Both the position numbers and the translations under genes were made by a program. Source: Octopus sinensis (taxonomy: Eukaryota). Taken from it: 64,000 nucleotides of DNA. Within the stretch, counting starts at the first letter, position 1. Each line of letters begins with the position of its first letter. Where the stretch lies: assembly GCF_006345805.1 (NCBI RefSeq), contig NC_043000.1, positions 45,384,001 to 45,448,000 on the forward strand. Direction: 5' to 3'. The notes beneath the pieces are model-generated. The model was given only the letters and a program-made list of their open reading frames with translations. It was not told the DNA's origin and did no database searches. This document shows, piece after piece, positions 63,725 to 64,000 of this stretch.

Positions 63725-64000
63725 ATATATTATTGTATTCCTTGTCACCACTGTTGTAATCCTTAAATGTTGGATTGTTATAACGCCTATTTCGGTATAG
63801 CAGCATAGTTGTTAGACCAGGAAAGACATGACTAATCTTTGACCGTCTACTTAGTACTCTGTCTATATATACTGACCGACGTCACCTATTTATAGTGACT
63901 AGCACATACCACTCGTCACGTGGGAGGGGTGTATCATTATTACCATTATCCCCATAACATTTCCCCTTTCAAGTTTTTCTATTTTCTTAGTATCATTTTA

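Overview
AT-rich, repeat-dense animal genomic DNA. The SINE/LINE families look like those of an Octopus-type cephalopod (pattern recognition, no database search). No intact protein-coding gene can be supported. Almost all supplied ORFs are microsatellite read-throughs or decayed transposon fragments. Contents: fragments of R4/Dong-type (RLE endonuclease) LINEs, RTE LINE 3' ends and one probable RTE 5' UTR, two Penelope-like RT fragments, a deleted Ty3/Gypsy LTR element, Tc1/mariner fragments and MITEs, coding and non-autonomous Helitrons, at least four SINE families (CORE-, Deu/Nin- and V-domain-like), many microsatellites and several tandem duplications. The most striking pattern is a set of mutually unrelated palindromic elements, most next to (TA)n, whose arms carry minimal type I hammerhead ribozyme motifs with palindromic stem III (11.6, 12.4, 14.4, 45.1 and 51.3 kb). 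There is also a three-copy repeat with a variant hammerhead core (CUGUNGAA) and a candidate HDV-like ribozyme at an RTE 5' end. A Helitron at 48-50 kb carries a CpG-rich 22-bp minisatellite made of GCGCATGCGC (NRF1/Ewg-like) motifs. Boundaries of decayed repeats are approximate.
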